The notes beneath the pieces are model-generated. The model was not told the origin of the DNA. It did no database searches and saw only the letters and a program-made list of their open reading frames with translations. A stretch of 62,609 bases of DNA from Mycobacterium sp. Its GTDB lineage: Bacteria; Actinomycetota; Actinomycetes; Mycobacteriales; Mycobacteriaceae. Each line of letters opens with the position of its first letter. Within the stretch, counting starts at the first letter, position 1. The stretch covers positions 1 through 62,609 of the forward strand of contig JBAWAV010000538.1 of NCBI GenBank assembly GCA_049589475.1. The letters run 5' to 3'. A program made the position numbers and the translations under genes. Of the stretch, positions 53,336 through 62,515 are shown piece by piece.

Positions 53336-54188
53336 AGTGCTTGGCGGCGGCTTCTGGGGTGACACCTGGCGCGGGTTGCGTCGCCGTCCGAAATTCATCG
53401 TCGCCCTGCTACTGATCGGGTTCGTCCTTCTCGTCGCCGCGTTTCCGGCGTTGTTCACCGGCGTCGACCCTGGATACGCCGATCCCAACCAGAGTCTGCT
53501 GGCACCGTCGGCCGCCCATTGGTTCGGGACCGATCTGCAAGGCCACGACATCTATGCCCGCACCGTCTACGGCGCCCGCGCCTCGATCACCGTCGGCCTG
53601 GGGGCCACGCTGGTGGTCTTCGTGGTCGGTGGCGCCCTCGGTGCGCTGGCCGGTTTCTACGGCGGCTGGCTCGACGCGGTGATTTCCCGAATCGCCGACG
53701 TGTTCTTCGCAATACCGCTGCTGCTGGCCGCGATTGTGCTGATGCAGGTCATGCATCACCGCACGGTGTGGACGGTGATCGCGATCCTGTCGTTGTTCGG
53801 CTGGCCCCAAGTGGCCCGGATCGCGCGCGGCGCCGTGTTGACGGTCCGCGGCAGCGACTACGTGCTGGCCGCAAAAGCTCTGGGGCTGAGCAGGTTCGGG
53901 ATACTGATCCGCCACGCGGTGCCCAATGCGATCGGCCCAGTGGTCGCGGTGTCGACCATCGCGCTCGGGTTGTTCATCGTCACCGAGGCCACGCTGTCCT
54001 ACCTCGGGGTCGGGCTGCCGCCGTCGGTGGTGTCGTGGGGCGGAGACATCAACGTCGACCAGATCCGGCTGCGCGCGGGCTCGCCGATCTTGTTCTATCC
54101 CGCCGGCGCGCTGGCGATCACGGTGCTGGCATTCATGGTCATGGGCGACGTCCTGCGCGATGCACTGGACCCGAGGTCACGCACATGA
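53328..54188 (+). CDS. dppC: peptide ABC transporter permease
   Basis: HWFGTD..G.D, DYVLAAKALG, EATLSYLG. Confidence 0.93.
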   Translation: MAEVLGGGFWGDTWRGLRRRPKFIVALLLIGFVLLVAAFPALFTGVDPGYADPNQSLLAPSAAHWFGTDLQGHDIYARTVYGARASITVGLGATLVVFVVGGALGALAGFYGGWLDAVISRIADVFFAIPLLLAAIVLMQVMHHRTVWTVIAILSLFGWPQVARIARGAVLTVRGSDYVLAAKALGLSRFGILIRHAVPNAIGPVVAVSTIALGLFIVTEATLSYLGVGLPPSVVSWGGDINVDQIRLRAGSPILFYPAGALAITVLAFMVMGDVLRDALDPRSRT

Positions 54189-55840
54189 CCGAGGATTTGC
54201 CGCTGCTCAGCGTCGCCGGACTCGACGTCAGATTCGGTGACGACGCTCTGGCGGTGCGTCAGGTCGACCTCGCTGTGCGTGCCGGTCAAACGGTGGCGAT
54301 CGTCGGCGAATCGGGTTCGGGGAAGTCCACCACCGCCGCGGCGATCCTGGGGCTGCTGCCACCCGGAGGGCGAATCACCGCGGGGCGCATCATGTTCGGC
54401 GGTGTCGACCTGACGGCGGCCGACCGGCGACGGCTGCGTTCCATCCGTGGCTCGGGCATCGGCTACGTGCCGCAGGACCCGATGACGAACCTCAACCCGG
54501 TATGGCGGGTGGGATTCCAGGTACGAGAGGCGTTGCGTGCCAACAACATCGATCGGCCCGCGACTCAACTGCTGGCAGACGCCGGTATGCCCGATCCGGC
54601 GCTGCGGGCCAAGCAGTACCCCCACCAGTTGTCCGGCGGCATGTGCCAGCGCGCGCTGATCGCGATCGGGCTGGCCGGCCGGCCTCAGCTACTGATCGCA
54701 GACGAGCCGACCTCGGCGCTGGACGTCACGGTGCAGCGTCAGGTGCTCGACCATATGCAGCAGCTCACTGGCGATCTGGGAACTGCGGTGCTGCTGATCA
54801 CCCATGACCTCGCGCTGGCCGCTGAACGTGCCGGGCAGTTGATCGTCATGCATCAAGGTTCGGTGGTCGAAACCGGTGACGCACAGGTTGTTCTGCGCGA
54901 TCCGCAGCATCCTTACACGCAACGGCTCGTCGCGGCCGCCCCATCATTACGGGATGCCGTGACTGCCGCGCGCACCCGCAGGCGGATCACGCGTACCGCG
55001 GCCACGCATGCCAGACACGACGCCGGGCAGGACGTGGTCGTCGTGTCCGACTTGACCAAGGTCTACCGTCCGTCGCGCGGAGTGCCGTGGCGCAAGGTGG
55101 ACGTACGTGCCGTCGACAACGTGTCGTTTCTGCTGCGACGGGCCACCACGCTGGCCATCGCGGGTGAATCCGGCTCGGGCAAGTCCACGTTGGCTCGAAT
55201 GGTTCTCGGTCTGCTGCAACCCACCTCGGGCACAGTCGTTTTCGACGGGCAGCAGGTTTCCGATACCGCATCGATGGATCGCGATGAGACGCTGGCATTT
55301 CGCCGGCGAATCCAGCCGGTGTTCCAGAACCCTTACGGTAGTTTGGATCCCATGTACTCGGTGCTGCGCATCATCGAGGAACCGCTGCGAGTACACCGCG
55401 TCGGCGACCGCCGTCAGCGGCAGACTTTGGTGCGCGAGCTCGCTGATCAGGTCGCGCTGCCGTCGTCACTGCTCAGTCGTCGCCCGCGTGAACTCTCCGG
55501 GGGTCAACGGCAGCGGGTCGCTATCGCCAGGGCACTGGCGCTGCGACCCGAGGTCCTGGTCTGTGACGAGGCCGTCTCGGCGCTCGACGTCGTGGTGCAG
55601 GCCCAGATCCTGGACTTGCTTGCCGAGCTGCAGGCCGAACTCGGCCTCACATATCTGTTCATCAGCCACGACCTCGCAGTGATCCGTCAGATCGCCGACG
55701 AGGTGTTGGTGATGCGTGCGGGACGGGTCGTCGAACGTGGCGCAACGAAAGTCGTGTTCACTCGACCGAGTCACGACTACACCAAGCAGCTACTGGCCGC
55801 GATCCCGGGTGCCGGCGGTGGCTATCGTGGCAAGCCGTGA
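54185..55840 (+). CDS. dppD: peptide ABC transporter ATP-binding protein (two NBDs)
   Basis: Two GESGSGKS Walker A and two LSGG signatures; ATGA overlap. Confidence 0.93.
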   Translation: MTEDLPLLSVAGLDVRFGDDALAVRQVDLAVRAGQTVAIVGESGSGKSTTAAAILGLLPPGGRITAGRIMFGGVDLTAADRRRLRSIRGSGIGYVPQDPMTNLNPVWRVGFQVREALRANNIDRPATQLLADAGMPDPALRAKQYPHQLSGGMCQRALIAIGLAGRPQLLIADEPTSALDVTVQRQVLDHMQQLTGDLGTAVLLITHDLALAAERAGQLIVMHQGSVVETGDAQVVLRDPQHPYTQRLVAAAPSLRDAVTAARTRRRITRTAATHARHDAGQDVVVVSDLTKVYRPSRGVPWRKVDVRAVDNVSFLLRRATTLAIAGESGSGKSTLARMVLGLLQPTSGTVVFDGQQVSDTASMDRDETLAFRRRIQPVFQNPYGSLDPMYSVLRIIEEPLRVHRVGDRRQRQTLVRELADQVALPSSLLSRRPRELSGGQRQRVAIARALALRPEVLVCDEAVSALDVVVQAQILDLLAELQAELGLTYLFISHDLAVIRQIADEVLVMRAGRVVERGATKVVFTRPSHDYTKQLLAAIPGAGGGYRGKP

Positions 55841-55846
55841 CGTGCA

Positions 55847-56602
55847 GTGACTTCTGACCCGCTGGCTCCGCTGATGGAGCTACCCGGTGTCGCCGGCGCC
55901 AGCGACCGGGCCCGTGAGGCGCTGGGGCGCGCGCACCGGCATCGTGCCAACCTGCGGCGCTGGCCGGTGACCGCCGCCGAGGCGGCACTGCGGTCGGCAC
56001 GGGCCTCGGCCGTGCTCGATGGCGGCGGGCGAAAGCTCGACGATCAGATCGACGTCTCGGCGATCGCCGACCCGGTGTTCGCCGGAGCGCTGCGCGTCGC
56101 GCAGGCGCTGGAGGGCGGCGAGACAAATCTTGTCGGGGTGTGGCAGCGCGCGCCGCTGCAGGCACTGGCGCGACTGCACATGCTGGCCGCCGCCGACCGG
56201 GTCGACGAGAGCCGGCTGGGCAGGCCGCGCGCGGATGCCGACGTCGGGCCGCGATTGGAGCTGCTCGCCGAGATCGTGACCGGTGGCACCAAGGCGCCGG
56301 CTCCGATCATCGCCGCGGTCGCGCACGGCGAGCTGTTGACCCTGGCCCCGTTCGGCACGGCGGACGGTGTGGTCGCGCGGGCCGTGTCGCGGCTGGTGAC
56401 CATCGCGACCGGGCTCGACCCGCACGGCCTCGGTGTGCCGGAGGTGGGCTGGATGCGCCGCGCCGCCGACTATCGCGAGGCCGCGCAAGGCTTTGCCGCC
56501 GGGACATCCGATGGCATGGCCAAGTGGTTGGTGTTGTCTTGCCGGGCGATGCGGACCGGCGCGCAGGAGGCGTTGACGATCGCCGAGTCGCTCACGCAAT
56601 AG
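55847..56602 (+). CDS. Fic/Fido-like protein with degenerate motif (Rv3662c-like)
   Basis: AVAHGELLTLAPFGTADGVVAR resembles Fido HPFxxGNGR region; synteny with Ms1. Confidence 0.75.
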   Translation: MTSDPLAPLMELPGVAGASDRAREALGRAHRHRANLRRWPVTAAEAALRSARASAVLDGGGRKLDDQIDVSAIADPVFAGALRVAQALEGGETNLVGVWQRAPLQALARLHMLAAADRVDESRLGRPRADADVGPRLELLAEIVTGGTKAPAPIIAAVAHGELLTLAPFGTADGVVARAVSRLVTIATGLDPHGLGVPEVGWMRRAADYREAAQGFAAGTSDGMAKWLVLSCRAMRTGAQEALTIAESLTQ

Positions 56603-56650
56603 GTTGCCGGAAGCCCCGTCCGAGTGACCCGGCGTGTGGTGTGGACGCAT

Positions 56651-56949
56651 AAAAGCGGGCGGCGTACCGAAGAGTCTCGGATCGCCGCCCGCTAGCACGG
56701 ATCTCGGTTACCAAGCGTGCATCTGTAGGTCGCGTGGGGTGGCCTCGGCGATCTTGCGACGCTTCCGGCTGCGACCCCACCCAAAGGGCCGTCGACGCCG
56801 TCCGCTCTTCGCAATTACGCAGGCCCGCAACACTTCTGCCATTATCGCGGCTGTAGCTCCGCGTGGGTGCCGGGAACCGTGCTCGGTCGTCCAGCTCGGG
56901 AGGTCGACCCTTCTCTTCCGGATCGATCTTGGCCGTACCGGACTTCCGT
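56651..56949 (-). ncRNA. Ms1 RNA (MTS2823 homologue)
   Basis: ~300 nt between Rv3662c- and Rv3661-like genes; ACGGAAG...GGCCAAGA...CCGGAAGAGAAGG, GCACCCACGCGGAG, AGTGTTGCGGGCCTGCGT blocks; ends in GCGGGCGGCG hairpin plus U-tract. Confidence 0.9.
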
Positions 56950-56964
56950 GAGTCCTTTGTACTA

Positions 56965-56980
56965 CGTGACCCCCGTCACA
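56965..56980. promoter_or_regulatory. CRP-like site in the Ms1 promoter region
   Basis: CGTGA-N6-TCACA, 9 of 10 match to CRP consensus. Confidence 0.6.
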
Positions 56981-57047
56981 TCAAGGGCCAATTGTCGTTA
57001 AATCGCTGAAGTGTTGCCGACCCGTGATATCGAAAGTTTGCTGAGCG

Positions 57048-57896
57048 CTACAGCGAAAGCCGGCGCAGCAGCGAGTAGGTCAGCGCGCCGGCGGCCAGTG
57101 CGCTGATCCCGACAGCGGCGGTCGTGGCGAGCGCGGCACCCGAGGGCGCCGGAATGCGGTCCCGCAATGACACCGGTCGGGAGAACGCCAGCACCGGCCA
57201 GCCTCGAGACGACGCTTCCCTGCGCAGGGCGCGGTCCGGGTTGACCACGCTCGGGTGACCGACGACCTCGAGCATCGGCATGTCGGTGATCGAGTCGGAG
57301 TAGGCGTAGCAATGTTCGAGCGGGTAACCCTCGCGGGCAGCCAACTCCCGGATCGCCTGGACCTTGCCTTCGCCGTAGCAGTAGAAGCCGATCTCGCCGG
57401 TGTACTTGCCGTCCTCGACAACCATGCGGGTCGCCATCGCGTGGGTGGCTCCGAGCGCGCGCGCGATGGGCGCCACCAATTCCTCACCGGATGCCGACAC
57501 CACCACGACATCGCGGCCGCACAGCTTGTGACTGGCTATCAAATCGGCGGCCTCGGCAAACACCAGCGGTGTGACGATGTCATGCAGTGTCTCGTTGACG
57601 ATCGACTTGATCTGCTCGACGTCCCAGCCGGTGCACATGTTGGTGAGGTGGACGCGCATCCGGTCCATCTGGTCGTGGTCGGCACCGGACAATAGGAACA
57701 GGAACTGCGCGTAGCTGGACTTCAGGACGGCGCGGCGGTTGATCAATCCCTGGGCGAAGAATGGTTTGCTGAACGCCAGCGTGCTGGATTTGGCGATGAT
57801 CGTCTTGTCGAGATCGAAAAACGCCGCCGTGCGTGGACTGGGACCGGAGGGCATCGATGATGTTTGCTGGTCAGCGGCCGAGTCGTTGACGGTCAC
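57048..57896 (-). CDS. HAD-IB family hydrolase (Rv3661-like)
   Basis: AAFFDLDKT, VSAS, AYSDSITD, VNPD. Confidence 0.93.
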   Translation of the reverse strand: MTVNDSAADQQTSSMPSGPSPRTAAFFDLDKTIIAKSSTLAFSKPFFAQGLINRRAVLKSSYAQFLFLLSGADHDQMDRMRVHLTNMCTGWDVEQIKSIVNETLHDIVTPLVFAEAADLIASHKLCGRDVVVVSASGEELVAPIARALGATHAMATRMVVEDGKYTGEIGFYCYGEGKVQAIRELAAREGYPLEHCYAYSDSITDMPMLEVVGHPSVVNPDRALRREASSRGWPVLAFSRPVSLRDRIPAPSGAALATTAAVGISALAAGALTYSLLRRLSL

Positions 57897-58063
57897 CGCC
57901 CCAGCATAGGGCGGGGCTCCGGCAAATCGCGACGCCGCCGGTAAAACCGCCGGTCAAACGTGTTCTGGTTGCTCGTGTTAGCAATGAGTCAGACGGTTCA
58001 GCTACTTAAAAGTCAAGCTAACTTGTCGCACGTAAGTCTTGCGCTGCGTCACACTCTCATGTG

Positions 58064-58069
58064 TATAGT
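58064..58069 (+). promoter_or_regulatory. SigA-type -10 (TATAGT) for the 6C RNA
   Basis: TATAGT preceded by TGTG, just upstream of the C-loop hairpins. Confidence 0.65.
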
Positions 58070-58075
58070 AAGAAT

Positions 58076-58170
58076 CACTCGGCTTAGCCGAGGGTGGATC
58101 AGCCCGACCCCCCGGGGCTGAAACACGACGACCCTCGCCTCCTCCCCCCCTGGCGGGGGTCGTCCCTTTT
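58076..58170 (+). ncRNA. 6C RNA (B11 homologue)
   Basis: Two hairpins with C-rich loops (cagccc-gacccccc-ggggctg; gacgaccctcgcc-tcctccccccct-ggcgggggtcgtc) then U-tract; between Rv3661- and Rv3660c-like genes. Confidence 0.9.
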
Positions 58171-58208
58171 GTCGGGTCACATTCTTAGCCGGGCCATCAC
58201 CCAACGGC

Positions 58209-58235
58209 CTGTCCACACATCGGACGTTGTCCACA
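58209..58235 (+). promoter_or_regulatory. two DnaA-box-like 9-mers upstream of ssd
   Basis: CTGTCCACA (58209) and TTGTCCACA (58227). Confidence 0.5.
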
Positions 58236-58287
58236 AATTCGCGCGCCTGACTGGTGGCGCGGGCGGCCGGATCGGCACGGTGGACGA

Positions 58288-59376
58288 ATGACGACCACGG
58301 GTGTCCACGGGATTCTGGCCGTACTCGGCGACGCCGCGTTGCGCGACGATCTGGACCGCGTCGCGGCAGCAGTCGGCGTCCGAGTTGTCCACGCCAGCAA
58401 CGTATTAACACTGGGTAGAAAAGCATGGTCAGCGGCTGTCGCCGTCGTGCTCGACGAGGCCGCAGCCGCTGAGTGCGGTCAGTCCGGGTTACCGCGCCGC
58501 CCACACGTGATCGTGTTGAGCGCCGGCGAGCCCGCGCCGCCGACCTGGGCCGCGGCCATCGGGGTGGGTGCCACGCAGGTTCTGAGAGTGCCTGCCCAGG
58601 AACATGATCTGGTCCGCGAGCTCGCGGAGGCCGGCGAGTCCGCGCGCGACGGCGGCAGTCGCGGTCCGGTGGTGGCCGTGATCGGTGGGCGCGGCGGGGC
58701 GGGTGCGTCGTCGTTCGCCGTCGCAATGGCCCAGGCCGCCACGGATGCGATGCTGGTCGATCTTGATCCCTGGGGCGGCGGCATAGATCTGCTCGTCGGC
58801 GCCGAGGCGGTACCCGGTGTGCGCTGGCCAGATCTGACCCTGCAGGGCGGGCGGCTGAACTGGTCGGCGGTGCGCGAAGCATTGCCGCGACATCGCGGAA
58901 TCACCGTGCTGTCGGGCACCCGGCAGGATTGCGAATTCGACGCCCATGCGGTGCACAGCGTCGTCGACGCCGGGCGACGCGGCGGAGTCACAGTGGTGTG
59001 CGATCTGCCGCGCCGATTGACCGCAGCTACTGAAACCGCTCTGGAATCTGCCGATCTCGTCGTCGTGCTCAGCCCGTGCGACGTGCGGTCCTGCGCTGCC
59101 ACCGCGACGATCGCGCCGGTGCTCGCGGCCGTCAACCCCAATCTCGGACTGGTCGTGCGGGGGCCGTCGCCGGGCGGCCTGCGGGCCGACGAGGTGGCCG
59201 CGATCGCCGGTGTGCCGCTGCTGACATCGATGAAGCCGCACCCTCGGCTGGCCGAGCAGATCGAAGTCGGCGGCCTGCGGTTGCCGCGGCGGTCGGCGCT
59301 GGCGACGGCGGCTCGCCACGTGCTCGCTGTGCTGCCCGTACATCCGGCGGTCCGGCCCGAAGGCATTGCGGCATGA
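58288..59376 (+). CDS. ssd: septum site-determining protein Ssd / CpaE-like (Rv3660c-like)
   Basis: GGRGGAGAS, LVDLDPWGGGIDL, GVRWPDL, CDLPR. Confidence 0.9.
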   Translation: MTTTGVHGILAVLGDAALRDDLDRVAAAVGVRVVHASNVLTLGRKAWSAAVAVVLDEAAAAECGQSGLPRRPHVIVLSAGEPAPPTWAAAIGVGATQVLRVPAQEHDLVRELAEAGESARDGGSRGPVVAVIGGRGGAGASSFAVAMAQAATDAMLVDLDPWGGGIDLLVGAEAVPGVRWPDLTLQGGRLNWSAVREALPRHRGITVLSGTRQDCEFDAHAVHSVVDAGRRGGVTVVCDLPRRLTAATETALESADLVVVLSPCDVRSCAATATIAPVLAAVNPNLGLVVRGPSPGGLRADEVAAIAGVPLLTSMKPHPRLAEQIEVGGLRLPRRSALATAARHVLAVLPVHPAVRPEGIAA

Positions 59377-60536
59377 CGGATTCGCTCATCGACCGGGTGC
59401 GGGAGCGGTTGGCGACGGAATCCGCCCCGCTGCGGCCCAAAGTGGTGGCCGATGCGATCAGGGTCGAGTCCGGTGGTGTGCTCGGCGACACCGAACTGCT
59501 GAGCAATCTCCGGATACTGCAGACGGAGCTGACCGGAGCGGGAATCCTCGAGCCGCTGCTATGCGCGGACGGGACGACAGACGTGCTGGTCACCGCGCCC
59601 GACGCGGTGTGGGTCGACGACGGAAACGGGCTGCGGCGCAGCGATATCGAGTTCGCTGACGAGGCCGCAGTCCGGCGACTGGCGCAACGGCTGGCGCTCG
59701 GCGCCGGCCGCCGTCTCGATGACGCGCAACCATGGGTCGACGGTCAGCTGACCGGGTTGGGTGTGGGCGGCTTGGCGGTCCGACTGCACGCCGTCCTGCC
59801 ACCGGTCGCCATGGGCGGCACCTGCCTGTCGCTGCGGGTGCTGCGGCCGGCCACCCAGGATTTGTCGGCGTTGATCGCCGCCGGCGCTATTGAACCGACG
59901 GCCGCGGGCCTGATCGACGACATCATCGCGGCCAGGCTGGCTTTCCTCGTGTCCGGGGGCACCGGCGCCGGGAAAACCACGCTGCTGTCAGCGATGCTGA
60001 ACGCGGTGGCGCCCGATGAACGGATCGTCTGCGTCGAGGATGCTGCCGAATTGGCGCCGCCACATCCGCATTTCGTCAGGTTGGTCGCGCGGTGCGCAAA
60101 CGTCGAAGGGGTCGGCGAAGTGACTGTGCGACAACTGGTTCGACAGGCATTGCGGATGCGGCCGGATCGCATTGTCGTAGGCGAGGTTCGTGGCGCCGAG
60201 GTCGTCGACCTGCTTGCCGCGCTCAACACCGGCCACGACGGCGGTGCGGGGACGGTGCACGCCAACAATCCCGGCGAGGTGCCGGCACGTCTGGAGGCGC
60301 TCGGTGCTCTCGGTGGGCTCGATCGTGTTGCGCTGCACAGTCAATTGGCCGCAGCCGTGCAGGTGCTGCTGCACGTGACGCGCGACCGGAGCGGCCAGCG
60401 GCGTCTCGACGAGATCGCCACGCTCTGCCAGAACGACGGTCGGGTGCGCGCAGTCACCGTGTGGCACGCCGACCGCGGACTGACCGAGGAGGCCGCCTGC
60501 CTGCACCGACTGCTGCAGGGCCGGACGCGGTCATGA
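59373..60536 (+). CDS. TadA/CpaF secretion ATPase (Rv3659c-like)
   Basis: GGTGAGKTT, VEDAAEL, ALRMRPDRIVVGEVRG, LNTGH..G..TVHAN. Confidence 0.93.
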   Translation: MTDSLIDRVRERLATESAPLRPKVVADAIRVESGGVLGDTELLSNLRILQTELTGAGILEPLLCADGTTDVLVTAPDAVWVDDGNGLRRSDIEFADEAAVRRLAQRLALGAGRRLDDAQPWVDGQLTGLGVGGLAVRLHAVLPPVAMGGTCLSLRVLRPATQDLSALIAAGAIEPTAAGLIDDIIAARLAFLVSGGTGAGKTTLLSAMLNAVAPDERIVCVEDAAELAPPHPHFVRLVARCANVEGVGEVTVRQLVRQALRMRPDRIVVGEVRGAEVVDLLAALNTGHDGGAGTVHANNPGEVPARLEALGALGGLDRVALHSQLAAAVQVLLHVTRDRSGQRRLDEIATLCQNDGRVRAVTVWHADRGLTEEAACLHRLLQGRTRS

Positions 60537-61327
60537 CCGGACCGGTGGCCGCCGCGTTGGCGTTATCCGCAGCGGTGCTGACGTTTCCGACGACACCGCG
60601 CCGCCGACTTGCTCGTGCCGACCAGCACTCTCGCCGAATTCCGCGGCGGGCCGGGATCGGGGTCGCAGTGTGCCCTGTGGCACTTGGTGCCGTATTGCTG
60701 ACACTGCCAACGATTCTCGCGGTCGTCCTGCTCGGCGCGACGGTATCGGTGCGCTATCGCAGGCGCCGACGCGGTCGTCGGCAGATGGATGAGAGCCACC
60801 AGCTGGAGACCGCGATCGAGGTATTGGTGGGCGAATTGCAGGTGGGTGCGCACCCGGCGCAGGCCTTCGCGGTGGCCGGGCAGGAATCGTCGGGGCCGGT
60901 CTCTGAATCGTGTCGAGCGGTGGCCGCGCGTGCCCGGTTGGGTGCGGACGTCACCGCCGGCTTACGCAATGCGGCGGAGAACTCGACCCTGCCGGCGCAC
61001 TGGGATCGGCTGGCGGTGTGCTGGCAACTCGCCGGCGACTACGGGTTGGCGATGTCGACGCTGATGCGCGCGGCGCAGCGCGATATCGCTGAGCGACAAC
61101 GATTCTCCGGTCATGTGAGGTCCGCGATGGCCGGGGCCCGTGCGACCGCCGCGATCCTGGCCAGCCTGCCGGTGCTGTCAGTGTTATTGGGCGAACTCAT
61201 CGGTGCGCACCCGGTAGCGTTCTTATTGGGCGGACACGCTGGTGGTTGGCTATTGGTCATCGGGACGACGCTGGTCTGCGGCGGGTTGCTGTGGTCGGAT
61301 CGGATCACCGATCGGGCGGCGTCGTGA
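60533..61327 (+). CDS. TadB-like type II secretion system F protein (Rv3658c-like)
   Basis: ELQVGAHP, AGARATAAILASLP; ATGA overlap. Confidence 0.88.
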   Translation: MTGPVAAALALSAAVLTFPTTPRRRLARADQHSRRIPRRAGIGVAVCPVALGAVLLTLPTILAVVLLGATVSVRYRRRRRGRRQMDESHQLETAIEVLVGELQVGAHPAQAFAVAGQESSGPVSESCRAVAARARLGADVTAGLRNAAENSTLPAHWDRLAVCWQLAGDYGLAMSTLMRAAQRDIAERQRFSGHVRSAMAGARATAAILASLPVLSVLLGELIGAHPVAFLLGGHAGGWLLVIGTTLVCGGLLWSDRITDRAAS

Positions 61328-61377
61328 CCGCCGGCGACGATGCAGAGCCCAGCGATGAGAACGAGCGGCGCCAATGA
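61324..61377 (+). repeat. MIRU-like element encoding a 17-codon bridging mini-ORF
   Basis: GTG ACC GCC GGC GAC GAT GCA GAG ... CAA TGA overlaps tadB stop (GTGA) and tadC start (ATGA). Confidence 0.8.
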
Positions 61378-61964
61378 TCTGCCCGGCATTGCTGCTCGCG
61401 GGTGCACTGTTGAGCGGACCGGCACCGTCGATGGTGCGGGCGCGCGCCGTGACGGCGATGCGCGCTCCACGCGGAGGGCGGCGGTCGGTGCGCGGACCGG
61501 ATCCACTGGCTGTCGCGTCGAGCCTGGATGTGCTGGCGGTCTGCCTTGTGGCGGGCATGGCGGTCTCGACCGCGGCGGCGGCGACGGCGCCGTCGGCCCC
61601 GCCGGTGCTGGCGCGGGTGCTGCGTCGCGCTGCCGATCTGCTGGCGTTGGGTTCTGCCCCGGACGTAGCATGGTCGGCCCCGCCGGATCTGCCGCCGAGT
61701 TCCCTTGATCCGCAGACGGATGCGTTGCTGCGGCTGGCGCGGCGGTCGTCGACCTCGGGTGTGGCGCTCGCCGAAGCAGTCGCCGCGCTGGCCACGCAGT
61801 GTCGGCAGGATGCCGTGCACGCCGCGGCCGCGACCGCCGAGCGCGCCGCAGTCCTGATCGCCGGACCGCTCGGCCTGTGTTTCCTGCCTGCATTCGTCTG
61901 TCTGGGTGTCGTCCCGGTGGTCGCCGGACTGGCCGGTGACCTGATGAAATCAGGCATCTTCTGA
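61374..61964 (+). CDS. TadC-like type II secretion system F protein (Rv3657c-like)
   Basis: LDVLAVCLVAG, PLGLCFLPAF. Confidence 0.88.
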   Translation: MICPALLLAGALLSGPAPSMVRARAVTAMRAPRGGRRSVRGPDPLAVASSLDVLAVCLVAGMAVSTAAAATAPSAPPVLARVLRRAADLLALGSAPDVAWSAPPDLPPSSLDPQTDALLRLARRSSTSGVALAEAVAALATQCRQDAVHAAAATAERAAVLIAGPLGLCFLPAFVCLGVVPVVAGLAGDLMKSGIF

Positions 61965-61982
61965 AAGGTAATCGAAGGAAAT

Positions 61983-62189
61983 ATGAAGCTAACCAACCTA
62001 TTTCGTGCTATCGAGGCGCGTGCGGCATTGTTGGCGGTGGACGAGTCGGGGATGTCGACGGTCGAATATGCGATCGGGACCATAGCGGCGGCGGCGTTCG
62101 CTGCGATCCTCTACACGGTCGTCACCGGCGACTCGATTGTCACGGCGCTGACCAACATCATTGCCCGCGCCCTGAACACCAAGGCCTAG
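61983..62189 (+). CDS. Flp-type pilin, DUF4244 (Rv3656c-like)
   Basis: DESG/MSTVEYAIGTIAAAAF prepilin motif; AAGGA RBS. Confidence 0.92.
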   Translation: MKLTNLFRAIEARAALLAVDESGMSTVEYAIGTIAAAAFAAILYTVVTGDSIVTALTNIIARALNTKA

Positions 62190-62212
62190 CCGACGATGCC
62201 GGCGCGGCGACC

Positions 62213-62515
62213 GTGGAGGCGGCGCTGGGCGTCGCCACCCTGGTCGCGGTATTGGTGTTGTGTCTGGCGGGCATCACAGCGGTGTCGATGCAAGTCCGTT
62301 GCGTCGACGCCGCCCGTGAAGCGGCCCGGTTGGCTGCGCGTGGTGACGAGCGCTCGGCCGTCGTCGCCGCCCGCGGTGTGGCACCCGATGGTGCCGCGGT
62401 CGAGTTGCGCCGGGACGGCGAGTTCGTCGTCGCGACGGTCACCGCCCGGTCGAGGCTGCTCCCGATGCTGCGCATCGCCGCGATCGGGGCGTCGGTGGTC
62501 GAGCCGACCCGGTGA
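62213..62515 (+). CDS. TadE-like minor pilin (Rv3655c-like)
   Basis: VEAA, RCVDAAREAARLAARG; start uncertain. Confidence 0.85.
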   Translation: MEAALGVATLVAVLVLCLAGITAVSMQVRCVDAAREAARLAARGDERSAVVAARGVAPDGAAVELRRDGEFVVATVTARSRLLPMLRIAAIGASVVEPTR

